Assembly (NCBI RefSeq): GCF_006345805.1
Contig: NC_042998.1
Span: forward strand, 70,060,001-70,124,000
DNA length: 64,000 bases
Reading direction: 5' to 3'
Origin: Octopus sinensis
Lineage: Eukaryota
Shown here: in pieces, positions 50,672-62,560 of the stretch
Numbering within the stretch: position 1 is the stretch's first letter
Layout of the letters: each line of letters opens with the position of its first letter
The notes under the pieces: generated by a model
What the model saw: the letters and a program-made list of their open reading frames with translations, nothing else
What the model was told of the DNA's origin: nothing
The model's database searches: none
Program-made: the position numbers and the translations under genes

Positions 50672-51068
50672 CTAGCAGTATCGCCCGGCGTTGCTCGGGT
50701 TTGTAAGGGAAATAACTATATAAGCATTTTTAGAGAGTTATAGCCAAAAAATAGCAAAAAAATACATTAAAAATGGGAAAAAAATGATTGTAATTTTTTT
50801 TAAATCGTTGACTCATCGTAGACACTTTTTAGAGAGTTACTTCCCTTATATAATAGCGAATAAAATGCATTAAAATGGAAAAAAATTATGGTAATTTTTT
50901 TTTTTAATCGTAGACTCATCGTAGACGCGCGCTAATACCCAGAAGGGCTCGATATGAATCACGACTATAAGATACCCGGTTTTGGTTAAACTGCACCGCA
51001 AAATGTGGGAGTAGTTAGGAATCTAAATCGTAGGAGACAGACACACAACTTGACTTTATATATAAAGA
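50672..51068 (-). mobile_element. Non-autonomous Helitron
   Basis: Minus strand A|TCtttatatataaa ... cccgagcaacgccgggcgatactgCTAG|T; 3' ~110 bp nearly identical to 37418-37806. Confidence 0.8.
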
Positions 51069-52542
51069 TGTCTCGTTTCTCTGTTTTTTTTTTCTTTGTT
51101 TTTTTTTTCGTTTTATTTTTTCGTATATTTGCGAGTGAGAGAGTAACTGTATGTATGAGAAAATGACTATTACTGTATGTGTGTTTGCGTGTATGTATGT
51201 GTGCATTTGTGTGTGAGTGAGTGTGAATAGGTGTCTCTGAGTATATGTGTATGTATATGAGAATCCCTGTATATATGTGAATGTGAGCATGTGTGTGATT
51301 TGGAAAAAATAGGAGGAGTTACTAATGTTTCAGCATTGTTTAGTTTTTCTCGAGAAAAAGATTTTTTATCACCTCAGATACTTTTATAACTCGATCCGTT
51401 TGCCTCTTGACAGCAGTTGGTGAGGTGTCGCTGTTGATAATGTTGTTGCTGTTGTTGTCCTTTCTGTTGTTATTGCTGTTGCTGTTGATGTCGTTGTTAA
51501 TGCAGATGCCTTTATTGTTGTTATGGCTAATGCTGTTGTCGTAGTTGTCGTTGTTGTTATCGACAAAAGATTAAACACCAGAATCCACTCCTCTCTTCAT
51601 CCAATGATGGAGACTTTGTCCAATATCTTTTCATCTCCTTTGATCCTTCCTTCAACCAACAATGATGTTGATGATGATGATGATGACGATCACTATCATC
51701 ATCATCGTCGTCGTCGTCACCACCATTATGGAGAGAATTTCTTCGGTATCACTCTACTTCCTAGAAATAATAGCCAAATCTCACTCAAAATACATCTCAC
51801 CGCTTAAACAAAAGAGTGGAGTACATTAGATATACTATGCTTGAAGGAGGCATTGGATAATGTAGTCCCGGAGACACTGAGCCTGCAGAGCATTTATATA
51901 AGATAATCCAAGATACATTGTCTAAAATACATTTTCATTAATGTAGTTCTAGAAACACTATAGCTAAAAAAAATACGTTAAATAATGTAGTGAAAGCCCT
52001 AATATATATGTAGTGCTAAATACATTATGTTCGACTGACAAAGTGCATTTGTGTTACTGGATAACGTAATCCTTGTTACACTGTATCTGACGAACACATT
52101 ATTATATAGCCCTTGATGCAGTAAGCCTTAAGTGCCCAATGGATAATAAAGCCAAGATGATTGAATACGATTCCTGATAAAATTTGTTTGCTTTTATTTT
52201 TAATTTGTAATTATATACAACTTAAATAATATTTGTGAGCGTTTGTTATGTTCTTGTACGATTTTGATTTTCAAAAGTAGTTTGACCTATCGTTTCACCC
52301 TTCCCCGATTACAGCTTCCATTTCGATGAACCTTCGATATGGCAATCGATAAATATGTCGCCCCCAACTCTCGCCTCAAACCCACCGCTATTTTTTTATT
52401 TTTATTTTCATTGTTAATGTGGAGGCATAGCCGTCTTTACCACCCCTGTCACCAACATTACTGGCGGTAATTTTTCCTGTGAGTAATCGAAATATTCTAT
52501 CATTACCGAAAATCAACTTTTGTTTTCAAAATGGCGTTCTTC

Positions 52543-52628
<86 letters not shown>

Positions 52629-53594
52629 ATTTTTTTGTAAAAACTTTAGCCATATCCACATCACAGTTGATCAGCTTTGTTTCGACCAGCAATAAAATGT
52701 TAACTGCTTGATAACCATTATCAAAAACAAAAATGAAAAACCCATTACACTGTAATACCTATGTGGACAAGATCGTTTTTTCTAAACATTATGAATAATG
52801 AAAGACATTATTGACAAAAAGAACGGAGAGTGGGTGACAGAAAATAACGACTAAAAAACAAAGAAGTTGACAATTAGATAATTACAAACTGTACCAGAAC
52901 TATTAGTGTATATTATTGGGGATACCCCTGCTGGGAGATTAGAATCGACGGTCATACCAGGCGATAGGAATTCGTGTGGAGTAATAAAGACAAAACTGCA
53001 CGAATTGTATTACTTATAATACAAGTTACAGTGGTGGAATCTAGAAGGAATGCGAATGAATGAAGGGCATGTGTGTTTATTGGAATAACCGTGAGATATT
53101 TTCCTTTTGTTCGTTATGTCATGATGATACTGAGGAATCAAAATCTCTAAAACTCTGAGAGTTATTCTGGATATGAACCATGTTCAAATGGACATACTTT
53201 AGTTTTATTGTATGAGTGTGAATTGCTTTCAGCATCAAATCTGTTTATATCTGTGGATGGGAAGAGCGTAAAAAAATGGTTTAAATTTACAAAATCTAGT
53301 TTCCGCATTTCCATGCTAATGGAAATTTCAAGCTACTTCCAGTTATTAGAATTTCAGCATTATTGAATTTGCTTGGAGTCAGCTCTGAACGACAACGACT
53401 ACTGCTGCCGAGTGAAGCAAGAGCGATGCAACAGAGATGCAATAGCGATGCAACATGCCCTTATGTAACAGTAAAATTGTGAAGATTGTCACTCAGGGAA
53501 GATCAGGGCACCACCAGAGCATGAGCGCTGTTCCAAAGACTTCTTGCAACTCCAACGCACAGACAAAACTAATGGGTGGTCTTTTTTATTCCAC

Positions 53595-53669
53595 TAAATT
53601 CCTTTCTTTTGTCTGTCATAAAAATTTGCTGGAGAGCAAATTTTGTGACAGGCAAATGAAGGGAATTTA
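53595..53669 (+). other. 75-nt imperfect hairpin
   Basis: Hand pairing gives 31 Watson-Crick and 3 G.U pairs, one U-U mismatch, one bulged A, and a GGAG loop. Confidence 0.85.
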
Positions 53670-53846
53670 CTCCTTACTTCAAATAATCCCGATTTTCTCA
53701 TGTTTCTCATATGCCTCCACTTTAAAGCCAATTAACCCTTATTGACTGGCCGAGTATTTTAGACATTGCTAGTACGCTAAATTTTAAAAAATTTTCATGG
53801 TTTATTTCCTTAGTCTTATCAAAAGCACAAAACAGTGGCATACACA

Positions 53847-53945
<99 letters not shown>

Positions 53946-54031
53946 CCGGAGTAAACACATAAATGTGAAACAAGGTGGAAAAAAGAGTACTCAAATACCA
54001 GGGGCAGAGTAATATGCTTTATATATATATA

Positions 54032-54086
<55 letters not shown>

Positions 54087-54178
54087 AACTCTTTTGTGCT
54101 TTGATAAGACTAAGGAAATAAACCGTGAAAAAAATATATACTTTATTTATATTATTTTGTGTGTGTGTGAGTATCTTT

Positions 54179-54215
<37 letters not shown>

Positions 54216-54259
54216 GAGTCACTCATATCTATATTTATCTATCTATCTTTAGCCATCCA

Positions 54260-54298
<39 letters not shown>

Positions 54299-54322
54299 TA
54301 TATATATATGTATGTATGTATG

Positions 54323-54355
<33 letters not shown>

Positions 54356-54368
54356 GTATTATATATAT

Positions 54369-54406
<38 letters not shown>

Positions 54407-54407
54407 A

Positions 54408-54477
<70 letters not shown>
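54408..54477. repeat. (GATA)n microsatellite
   Basis: Directly visible. Confidence 0.95.
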
Positions 54478-54479
<2 letters not shown>

Positions 54480-54484
54480 AATAA

Positions 54485-54966
54485 AGCGTTAGAAGAAGGA
54501 AGTTGGAAAGAAAGCATCAAAACGTGCACAAAAGTATCTAAACTACAGAGAATGGAACAACAGAAGTGTAAGAGAAATGTTAGAAAAATGACACACTGAG
54601 CCGTTATCGGAATTTCTTCTAGGCAACGAAGTAACTTGTAATAAATGAAGGCGTGTTTGTCTCAGTAAGGTAGGACTGAAAAGCCATCAACGCAGTCATC
54701 TTACCAAACCAGTTGTGAACTACATTGAGTATGATATGAAAAGGTGTCAGATTTGTGGAAAGGAGTATGCCTCCTCAGGGGGCCTCAAACGCCATACGAA
54801 AATGCACAAGAATGAATTGCAAAAAGAGTTCCAACGTCATTCATACTTGTCAACTGTATTAGTAAAGAACGTAGATCTTTGGCGAGACTGAAGAGTCATC
54901 AACGAGCATCGCATGTGTAGGACTTTCGATTGGGCGATGACAACACTCGAACACGAGTTTGCAACC
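54485..54966 (+). pseudogene. 3' end of an RTE-like LINE ORF with three C2H2-type zinc fingers (middle one intact)
   Basis: Frame from 54601: CNK*RRVCLSKVGLKSHQRSH, CQICGKEYASSGGLKRHTKMH (54745-54807), then frameshifted CQL...[14 protein letters not shown]. Confidence 0.7.
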
Positions 54967-54970
54967 ATAT

Positions 54971-55025
<55 letters not shown>

Positions 55026-55247
55026 GTATGTATGTATATATATATATATGTGTGTATGTATGTATGTATATATATATATGTGTATGTATGTATGTATGTA
55101 TGTATGTATGTATGTATGTATGTATGTAGTATGTATGTATGTATGTATGTATATATGTATGTATATATATGTGTTTACTCCGGTGTATGTATATATATAT
55201 ATATAATATATTTATATATATATATATACATATATATATATACATAC

Positions 55248-55278
<31 letters not shown>

Positions 55279-55452
55279 GTGTGTGTGTGTGTGTTGTGTG
55301 TGTGTGTGTGTGTGTGTATGTGTGTGTGTGTGGGGGGGTAGCTGACTGTTGTCTGGGGAGAACACATGAAATAACTTACATCCACTAGGAAGTTAAATAT
55401 CTATCTGAAATTCGAAGAGTTTCGTTCGGAACCTCTGACTCAATCACCAGTC

Positions 55453-55471
55453 AATAATAATAATAATAATG

Positions 55472-55515
<44 letters not shown>

Positions 55516-55714
55516 GATGATGATGGTAATGGTAATAATATTGATGATGATGATGATGATGATGATGATGCCGATGATGAAGTCGACGATGACGATGATG
55601 GTGATAATTATAAATAGGATATTACTTTAAAAAAAAACCCATCACAACCATCATCATCATCATAACGATCACTGTCATCATCAACGTCGTCGTCGTCGTC
55701 AACTATCATTATTA

Positions 55715-55751
<37 letters not shown>

Positions 55752-55764
55752 ATTATTATTATTA

Positions 55765-55805
<41 letters not shown>

Positions 55806-56108
55806 ATTATTATTATTATTATGTGATGTTTAAATTCTTTTCCCTGCTTAATGCTGGGGAACTGTTTCTCGTTTTTTTTTTAATTAAAATACTACTGTTG
55901 ATGTTGTTATTGTTGTTGATGCTGTTGTTGTTGTTGTTGTTGTTGTTCTTGTTCTTGTTCTTGTTGGCTGCAACGATAATGGCGGTGGTGGTGGTGGTGG
56001 TGGTATTGTTTGTGTTGTTGTGTAACTAAAATTGTAAAACAACAACAACAACAACAATATCATCAACATCATCTTCATCATCACCATCATCATCATCATC
56101 ATCATCAC

Positions 56109-56145
<37 letters not shown>

Positions 56146-56760
56146 ATTATCATCATCAACAGCAGCAGCAGCAGCAGCAGCAGCAACAATAAATAAACAT
56201 TAAATTGATAAATTTCTTTGGTGGTGAGGAGGGAAAGATTCCTTTCTCCTTTTAATGACAGGATCTCCTCATTTTTATTTTGGTTCCAAACGTTCAACGA
56301 TAACCATTCTCTCTCTCTCTTCCTTCTCTCTTCCTTCTCTCTTCCTCCACACACTCTTTCTGTCCCCCTCCTCCTCCTCTTCTTCTCCTTCTTCTCCTCC
56401 TTGCTGCTGCTGTTGTTGTTGTTATTGTTGTTTTTACTGTTCTTGTAATTTCCAAAAATATTCTGATTAACAACAAAACTAATAATTGGGTGATGCATTC
56501 AGCTTTCATAACACCTTCTGATGTTGAAGTTATGGTGGTGGGAGTGCTGCTGGATGTAGTGATGGGGGGTGATAGTGGTGGTAGTGGTAGTAGCAGGAGT
56601 GATGGTAGTGGTGGTGGTGGTGGTGGGTGGTGGTGGTAATAATGATGGTGGTGGGGACGCTAATGTTGTTATAGTTGGTGTTGCGTTGTTGGTGGTAGTG
56701 GTGGTGGTGATGGTGGTGGAAGTGGTTGCGGTGGTAGTAGAGATGCAAATATGAGATGCC
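55453..56760. repeat. Compound trinucleotide low-complexity region (AAT, GAT, GTT, CAT, CAG, GGT)
   Basis: Directly visible. Confidence 0.9.
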
Positions 56761-57350
56761 CATATCTATTAATATGACGTTACAAACAACCCTATAATTT
56801 CACCCAACTCTATTCTAGTGTGCTGAGTGAGGAGCGGAAGCGGACAGCGTCTCCTTATATTTCATTATTCATTTATACATAAAACCTCATGTCCCACCAG
56901 TAACGGTTCACGCCCATAGCTTTCAGCAGCTCTGCACAAACTGAAATACAGACTTAATGGGGTTAACAGTTCAATGTTTCAATGTCTGCTAGTTATTTGC
57001 TTGCATCAGAACTATGTTGTCAGAGTACAGACAGAAAAATACTCCTTACGGGACAGAAGTAAATTCACGGGAACTTAGAAGGAAATTGTTAGATATATAT
57101 TGAAGAAGACACCTAGGTGTTTGGGGACAATATTACTGAAAGCATCAATGTAGACTCTTCAGTCCTATAGAAGAGTACACGCAATACTATCAGTTTATAC
57201 TCCTGGGAGTAATTTATATTCGTCGTAACAAAAGGTTCACTAAATGGGACAAACTCCTGTTTTCACAAGGAGAGCTTTGAAATGTTTTCCACTGAACCTA
57301 CATCGGAAAAAGGATTTGCGAGGGAGAAATTCGTTTTCTGAATTTGATTG

Positions 57351-57660
57351 TTGTGTTGTTGTTGTTGTTGGTAGTGGTGTTTTTATTCCTAGGGCATCAC
57401 CAGGGTGTAAAGAGGTCTCCAGGTAGAAATAGTACCTTTGATGTTCAGCACGTTGCTCTTTGCTTAGTAGGGCGGACGGGCATTACTGGTTTTCATTCAC
57501 CCATCGAATCTCTCATGTGTTGGCTCCAACTGCTACATCCTGGTACACCGTCTCCGAGGGTGGGCTAGGGCAGAAGAATTTCAAGAACACCAGCGACCAG
57601 GTTGTCAGTGACTGCAGACGGCCCACACTGTACTTTATGTACCTCAACTAGCAGTCAATA
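57351..57660 (-). mobile_element. Unclassified retroelement 3' fragment ending in (CAA)n
   Basis: Minus strand ...tttacaccctggtgatgccctaggaataaaaacaccactaccaacaacaacaac; GC-richer body. Confidence 0.4.
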
Positions 57661-58460
57661 GAGACAGATCTACTTGCAGTCTCTCTTTTCTACGTGCAAG
57701 TGATTCGACTTCAGACTAGCATCCTGTCTCCGGAAATACTTCAAGCTACAAAAGCAGTTCATAATGCAAATGCTTCGATTCTGCCTAAGTACTTTGACTG
57801 CTTCATGTGTCTACCGACATGGGAGCACTTAAGCCTATGAAAGTCATCCCTAACCAAGCAGACTTATGATTAAAGGCTTTCCAGCCATGACCACTTTTTT
57901 CATCCCTTGTTATGTAGCATATCTTGAACTTCATCAAACACCGTGTACATTCCATGATGAGGTAATTCTATGCTGTAAGCAAGACCCACGAATTGTTAAT
58001 CAACAAAAGCAGACAATAAAAATATGAATGATGAGGTGATATTAAACAGGTTGGTCACTGATGGAACGCCTTTGACCATATATCTGCTGGACTTGTAATG
58101 ACCTTAAGAGAAACAATACCACTAACACCAATAACAACGCTAACTAAATTAAGAACAACGCTAAATAAATGTGTTCCATGTATTTACAAGGGACAATTTT
58201 GTAGACATCGGTGTTTGCATTAGGGAACTGAAGAGAACAATTAGAAAACTATAGACATTAATGCCAAAAAATAAACTCTAAAGAAAAAAGGCCAAGAGAA
58301 AGAAATGGAAAGATTAATGTTAGGTTGAGCCTCTTCCCACAGTGATGATATGAAATCAAACCATCTAGTTTGCATCGAAAGAAGAATCCTATACTAATGA
58401 ATAACATTAACAATCGTTTATGGGGTGAAAACTTGGATCCTAACAACAAGGAAGTAGAAA

Positions 58461-58762
58461 ATGGAAAGATCATTGCTCGGGATAACGCATAAAGACAGAA
58501 AGTTAAGCAAATGGATGAGAAGAAACAAAAATTGATGATAACCTTTCCACAGCAGGAATAAACAAGGGTATGGCATATCAACAGAAGTACGGACAACCAC
58601 TGGACAAGTTTCATCACGAAATGGCGACCAAGGAAGAGAAAAGGAAACGAGGAAAGCCATCAAAGAAATTGTGTGACAAATATTAGACCAGTGATAACTA
58701 GAAACACTGAGAGAATAGAGAAACCGACGATGTTATGCTAAGGATTTCCTTCAACAGTGACC
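58461..58762 (+). pseudogene. RTE-clade LINE C-terminal relic
   Basis: MERSLLGITHKDRKLSKWMR and RSTDNHWTSFITKWRPR...KRGKP patterns. Confidence 0.7.
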
Positions 58763-58965
58763 CCAAAACAGCTGACAACAACATACATGCTGGTAAGATG
58801 AAGTGATAAACATCAGCGAAAAATTTTTTATCAAAAAATCGTAGTCCTGTTCGTCGATTTGGTGAAATGCGTGTAGGTTTTATAAAGCTTATAATATCGA
58901 ATATGTTTCTGCATTTTATTAATACTGTACATACATACTATTTATGTGTGTGTGAATATATATAC

Positions 58966-59825
58966 ATGTCATCAGTTACACAGACAGCCACAATTACTAG
59001 CTATGCCGATGGCACAAAAGTAGTAGTAGCAGTCAAGGAAGCTTCTGATGCTAATTATCTACAGAAAAACCTAGATGCCGAAAGGAGCGACACGTGATCA
59101 CATACGGTGCGTGATCTTGGGATTGATATGTGTAACGATGCCTCGTTTCACATGCATACCGCCAAGATGGTGGTAGTGTGCAGGCGAATGGCCGGATGAA
59201 CTCTGAGAAACTTCGGAACAAGAGACCAGGAAACTATGCTGGTCCTATGGAGAACATTCGTCCTCAGCCATCTGGACTACAGTGTCAGATCAAAAGCGGA
59301 ACTTAAAGCGATGCTACACAAGGAAGATTGCATCAATGGAACAGCTTGGCTACTGAGAGAGACTGAGAGAGCTACGACTCTACTCCTTGGAGCGAAGACG
59401 AGAGAGGTATGCAGTGATATATGTGTGGAGGATACTAGAGGAGCTGACACCAAACTTTGGATTTGAGAGTTATACCACGCCTCGGATTGGTCGTCACTGC
59501 ACTTTTCCAAAAGTCCCAGCTATCCCATCTAAGGTGAGGACCATGTACTGCAATAGCTTGGGATTCAAGGGCCCACAGCTATTTAACGCTTTGCCAAAAC
59601 ATGTGAGGAATTTCTATGGAGCAGGGGTAGGTGTTTTCAAGAAGCATCCAAGATCCCAGAGGAACCAATATCAAGGTAGGAAACTCAAAAGAGGGCAGCA
59701 GTGTCGAATTCCCCCCTCACCAAAAGCCAATCACATAGAATTGGCCAATTAAAAGGCAATTACACTGGCGGTGCCCCAGCATGGCCACAGCCTTAAGGCT
59801 GAAACATATAAAAGAATAAAAGAAT
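58966..59825 (+). mobile_element. CR1/L2-group LINE 3' fragment with intact 3' tail
   Basis: SYADGTK (59002), VRDLGI, LSHLDY, MERRRERYAVIYVWRIL...LGFKGPQLFNALP; tail ggcggtgccccagcatggccacag...ataaaagaataaaagaat. Confidence 0.85.
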
Positions 59826-59849
59826 ATATATATATATATATATTATTGT

Positions 59850-60295
59850 GTCTGGGGAGAGTCATTCTCTTTTAGTGCCTTATTACTTAACACTCACCAG
59901 TTCAGGGAGTCTATTTTTAGAGTGCCAAGTGGGGTAATCTATAGTTACTATGATACTTTGGTGGATGACGTTAGCTACCTACTGGATGCTCTCCATTATG
60001 ATCCTCTCGGTTTCTACATTCCAGTTACTAGAGTTTATCCTAACTTGAATATTAATGTCATCTACATACCTACAGTAGAGCAAAACAGTTGTGGATTGCT
60101 CCGTTAAAGGCTGTTAAAGTTTTCTGTCTCACGACAGAAAAACAGTCTTCCGTACTCTACCAACATGCCAAAGACCAACATGGAGACGTCCTGAGTCAAC
60201 TTGACATCCGCATTTTATCCAAGAATTCGAAGGGCCCCACACACAGACAAATACAGGAGTACGCCTTTATAAATGAAACATCTCCAGGCTTTTAT
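59850..60295. mobile_element. Penelope-like element fragment with an inverted 5' part (RT on minus, GIY-YIG C-terminus on plus)
   Basis: Minus: LLYCRYVDDIN...VANVIHQSIIVTIDYPTWHSKNRLP; plus: SSVLYQHAKDQH...IRIL...RQIQEYAFINETSP. Confidence 0.7.
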
Positions 60296-60797
60296 GTAGA
60301 CGTAGATATATATGTAGGTAAATGGATATGTAAGTAAATAGATAGATTAATAGATAGGTGCATAGGTAACACGGACAGAGATGCATACATTCACACACAT
60401 ACACACATACACAAATGAAAACTGAAACACATGACCATATACATACGCGCACACTTCACACACACACACGCATACACAATGATACATATGAAGACACACA
60501 TCCATACATAACAGACGCATTACATAGTCACACAAACCCATACACATAGACACGCTCAAACACGCACGCACAAGGAGACAGAGGTAAACACACATACATA
60601 CAAACACACAAACATGAACACATGAACATATGAATATGCAGAATACATTCAAACGTACACACACGTATAAGTATATATGTGTGTGTGTGCTTACATGCAT
60701 ACAGACACATACATACACACATACATACACACATACATACACACAAACATACATACATACACACATACAAACACACATACATACACACATACATACA

Positions 60798-60828
<31 letters not shown>

Positions 60829-61329
60829 GTGTATACACATGCACACTGACGTTCACACATGCGCACAAACAAACAAAAGGAACGCAGCTCTGATAACGGA
60901 CAGAGTTAGCGTCTATTGAGGAGGTTGCAAGGCGCAACAAAAATTTTATAAAAAATAAATAAGTAAATGAGTGGAAATTGAACCGGTGAGTGTGTTAAGT
61001 ATTAAGGCACTATCTTGATGAGATCTCTGGCGTGCCGAATTAATGAATTTATCCTGTGAACCAGTACAAATTAGTAATAAAGGAAAAAGAAACATTAAAT
61101 AAAAGTTGTTGGAATAAAGCTTATTTATACAGTAAATTTGTTCTTTCAAAATTATTGTGCCAGTCAATGGAATTTAGGACTGGATAGAATTGCAGGAAAC
61201 GGGAGCTATCGGGATAATCGTCTTTATCTTGAAATGTGACTGAAACATGAAGGACCAGTGGTGAAATGAGCAAAAAATGCTTTTCAGAAAACGTTGGCTG
61301 CCTGCACTTGAAGGTGAGCCGAAGTTGAC

Positions 61330-62560
61330 GACACTAATTTTATCTATTTTTTAATTAAGCTGTTTCAGATATTTTAGTATTTCTTTAATCAATTTATCCT
61401 GCAGCTTATAAACATTCGTTATTTCTTATTCAGTTATAAAAACTACATTCTAAACGTTTTAGCGCTTCACCTGTCAACTTAATTAACTTGTCTGATATTT
61501 TTCTGCAGCATCTTTCTCATTCCCATCGCTACTTTCTTCATACCTGTCTTCTTTCTCAGGACTTACAATTGTCTGCACCAATATCTAAGCCTGTTATATT
61601 TGTGCTTATGAAATCAGCTGCAACATTCATCCATTCCACAACATTATCCTTGATGTAAGATCCCTGGAAAAAAGTTAAACAGATTATGCATGAAGATCAT
61701 ACATAATATCCTTTTCGTTTTTCCTTGATATTCTAAACTCTGTAAAGTCATTTGTAATGTATTCACCAGATAAACACTCAAACTTTGAACCGTGCAACAA
61801 TTTATGCCATCCATTTTTCTGTATAAATTCCTCTGAAAACTTCTAAACATTAGCAACACAGAAAATCATATTTCTCAAATAAGATTCCTTAAGAAACTCC
61901 TGTATTGGTTTCTAGTAAACTAAGAGCATTTCGTAGTTTTAAGACGCCATAATATACCCATGTCTAGGGTTTCAGATAATGATGTACTGCCAGATGTGAG
62001 GTAGATACTGAAAACATTTTTACCACAAGTTCCACTTTCAGATCTGTGGAACAGTTTTCTAAAATAAGCCTTATCTTATATTTGTGGCTCAGGCCAAGGG
62101 GTTTACAGTGAGCTCTAACTTCGAGTACAAATTACAGCAACTGCTTCCTTCTCCCCAAACAATACATGACACTTTAAGCAACGTCGCTACTTGAAACAAC
62201 GAAGCCAACTTTCATTATAAACACATCTGTTATAGTTCTTCATTAAAAAAAGAATTTCTTAAATAAGTTTAAGCTTGTTCTTTCATCGGATCCCTTCAAC
62301 TGAACTATCAGCCTTTTATCCATTTCTGAACATTTTCTGTCGTTCATTGTTTTCCTTGCATACATATTTTTGTTTGATCTGCTCTTAGCAAAAAATAAGA
62401 GCAATTTTTCTTTCGGTCGAAGAGCCAACGTTGTATAATTCAAACAAAAATATCTCATAGACACCCCATTAAATCTTTTTTTCACCTTTATAACTTTATC
62501 TGTTATAGGAGACATACATTGTAGGCATTTTGGATCACAACGAGCACTTCTTTTATGCAT
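61330..62560 (-). pseudogene. pogo/Tigger-family (DDE_1) transposase relic
   Basis: CSEMDKRLIV (CENP-B-like HTH), SWLRCFK*RR, IRLILENCST, LDMGILWRLK and acidic C-terminal fragments; many stops and frameshifts; no TIRs identified. Confidence 0.55.

Noticed and set aside
55415-55450. Hammerhead-like CTGGTGA...GAAAC on the minus strand
   Set aside because: The core is mutated and helices II and III do not pair convincingly in this copy; at most a decayed PLE end.
61567-61663. Apparent minus-strand exon with ttttttccAG and GTAAGT (GSYIKDNVVEWMNVAAD...)
   Set aside because: It lies inside the pogo/Tigger relic and coding-like sequence continues past both sites. Exonisation is not excluded but has no support without RNA data.
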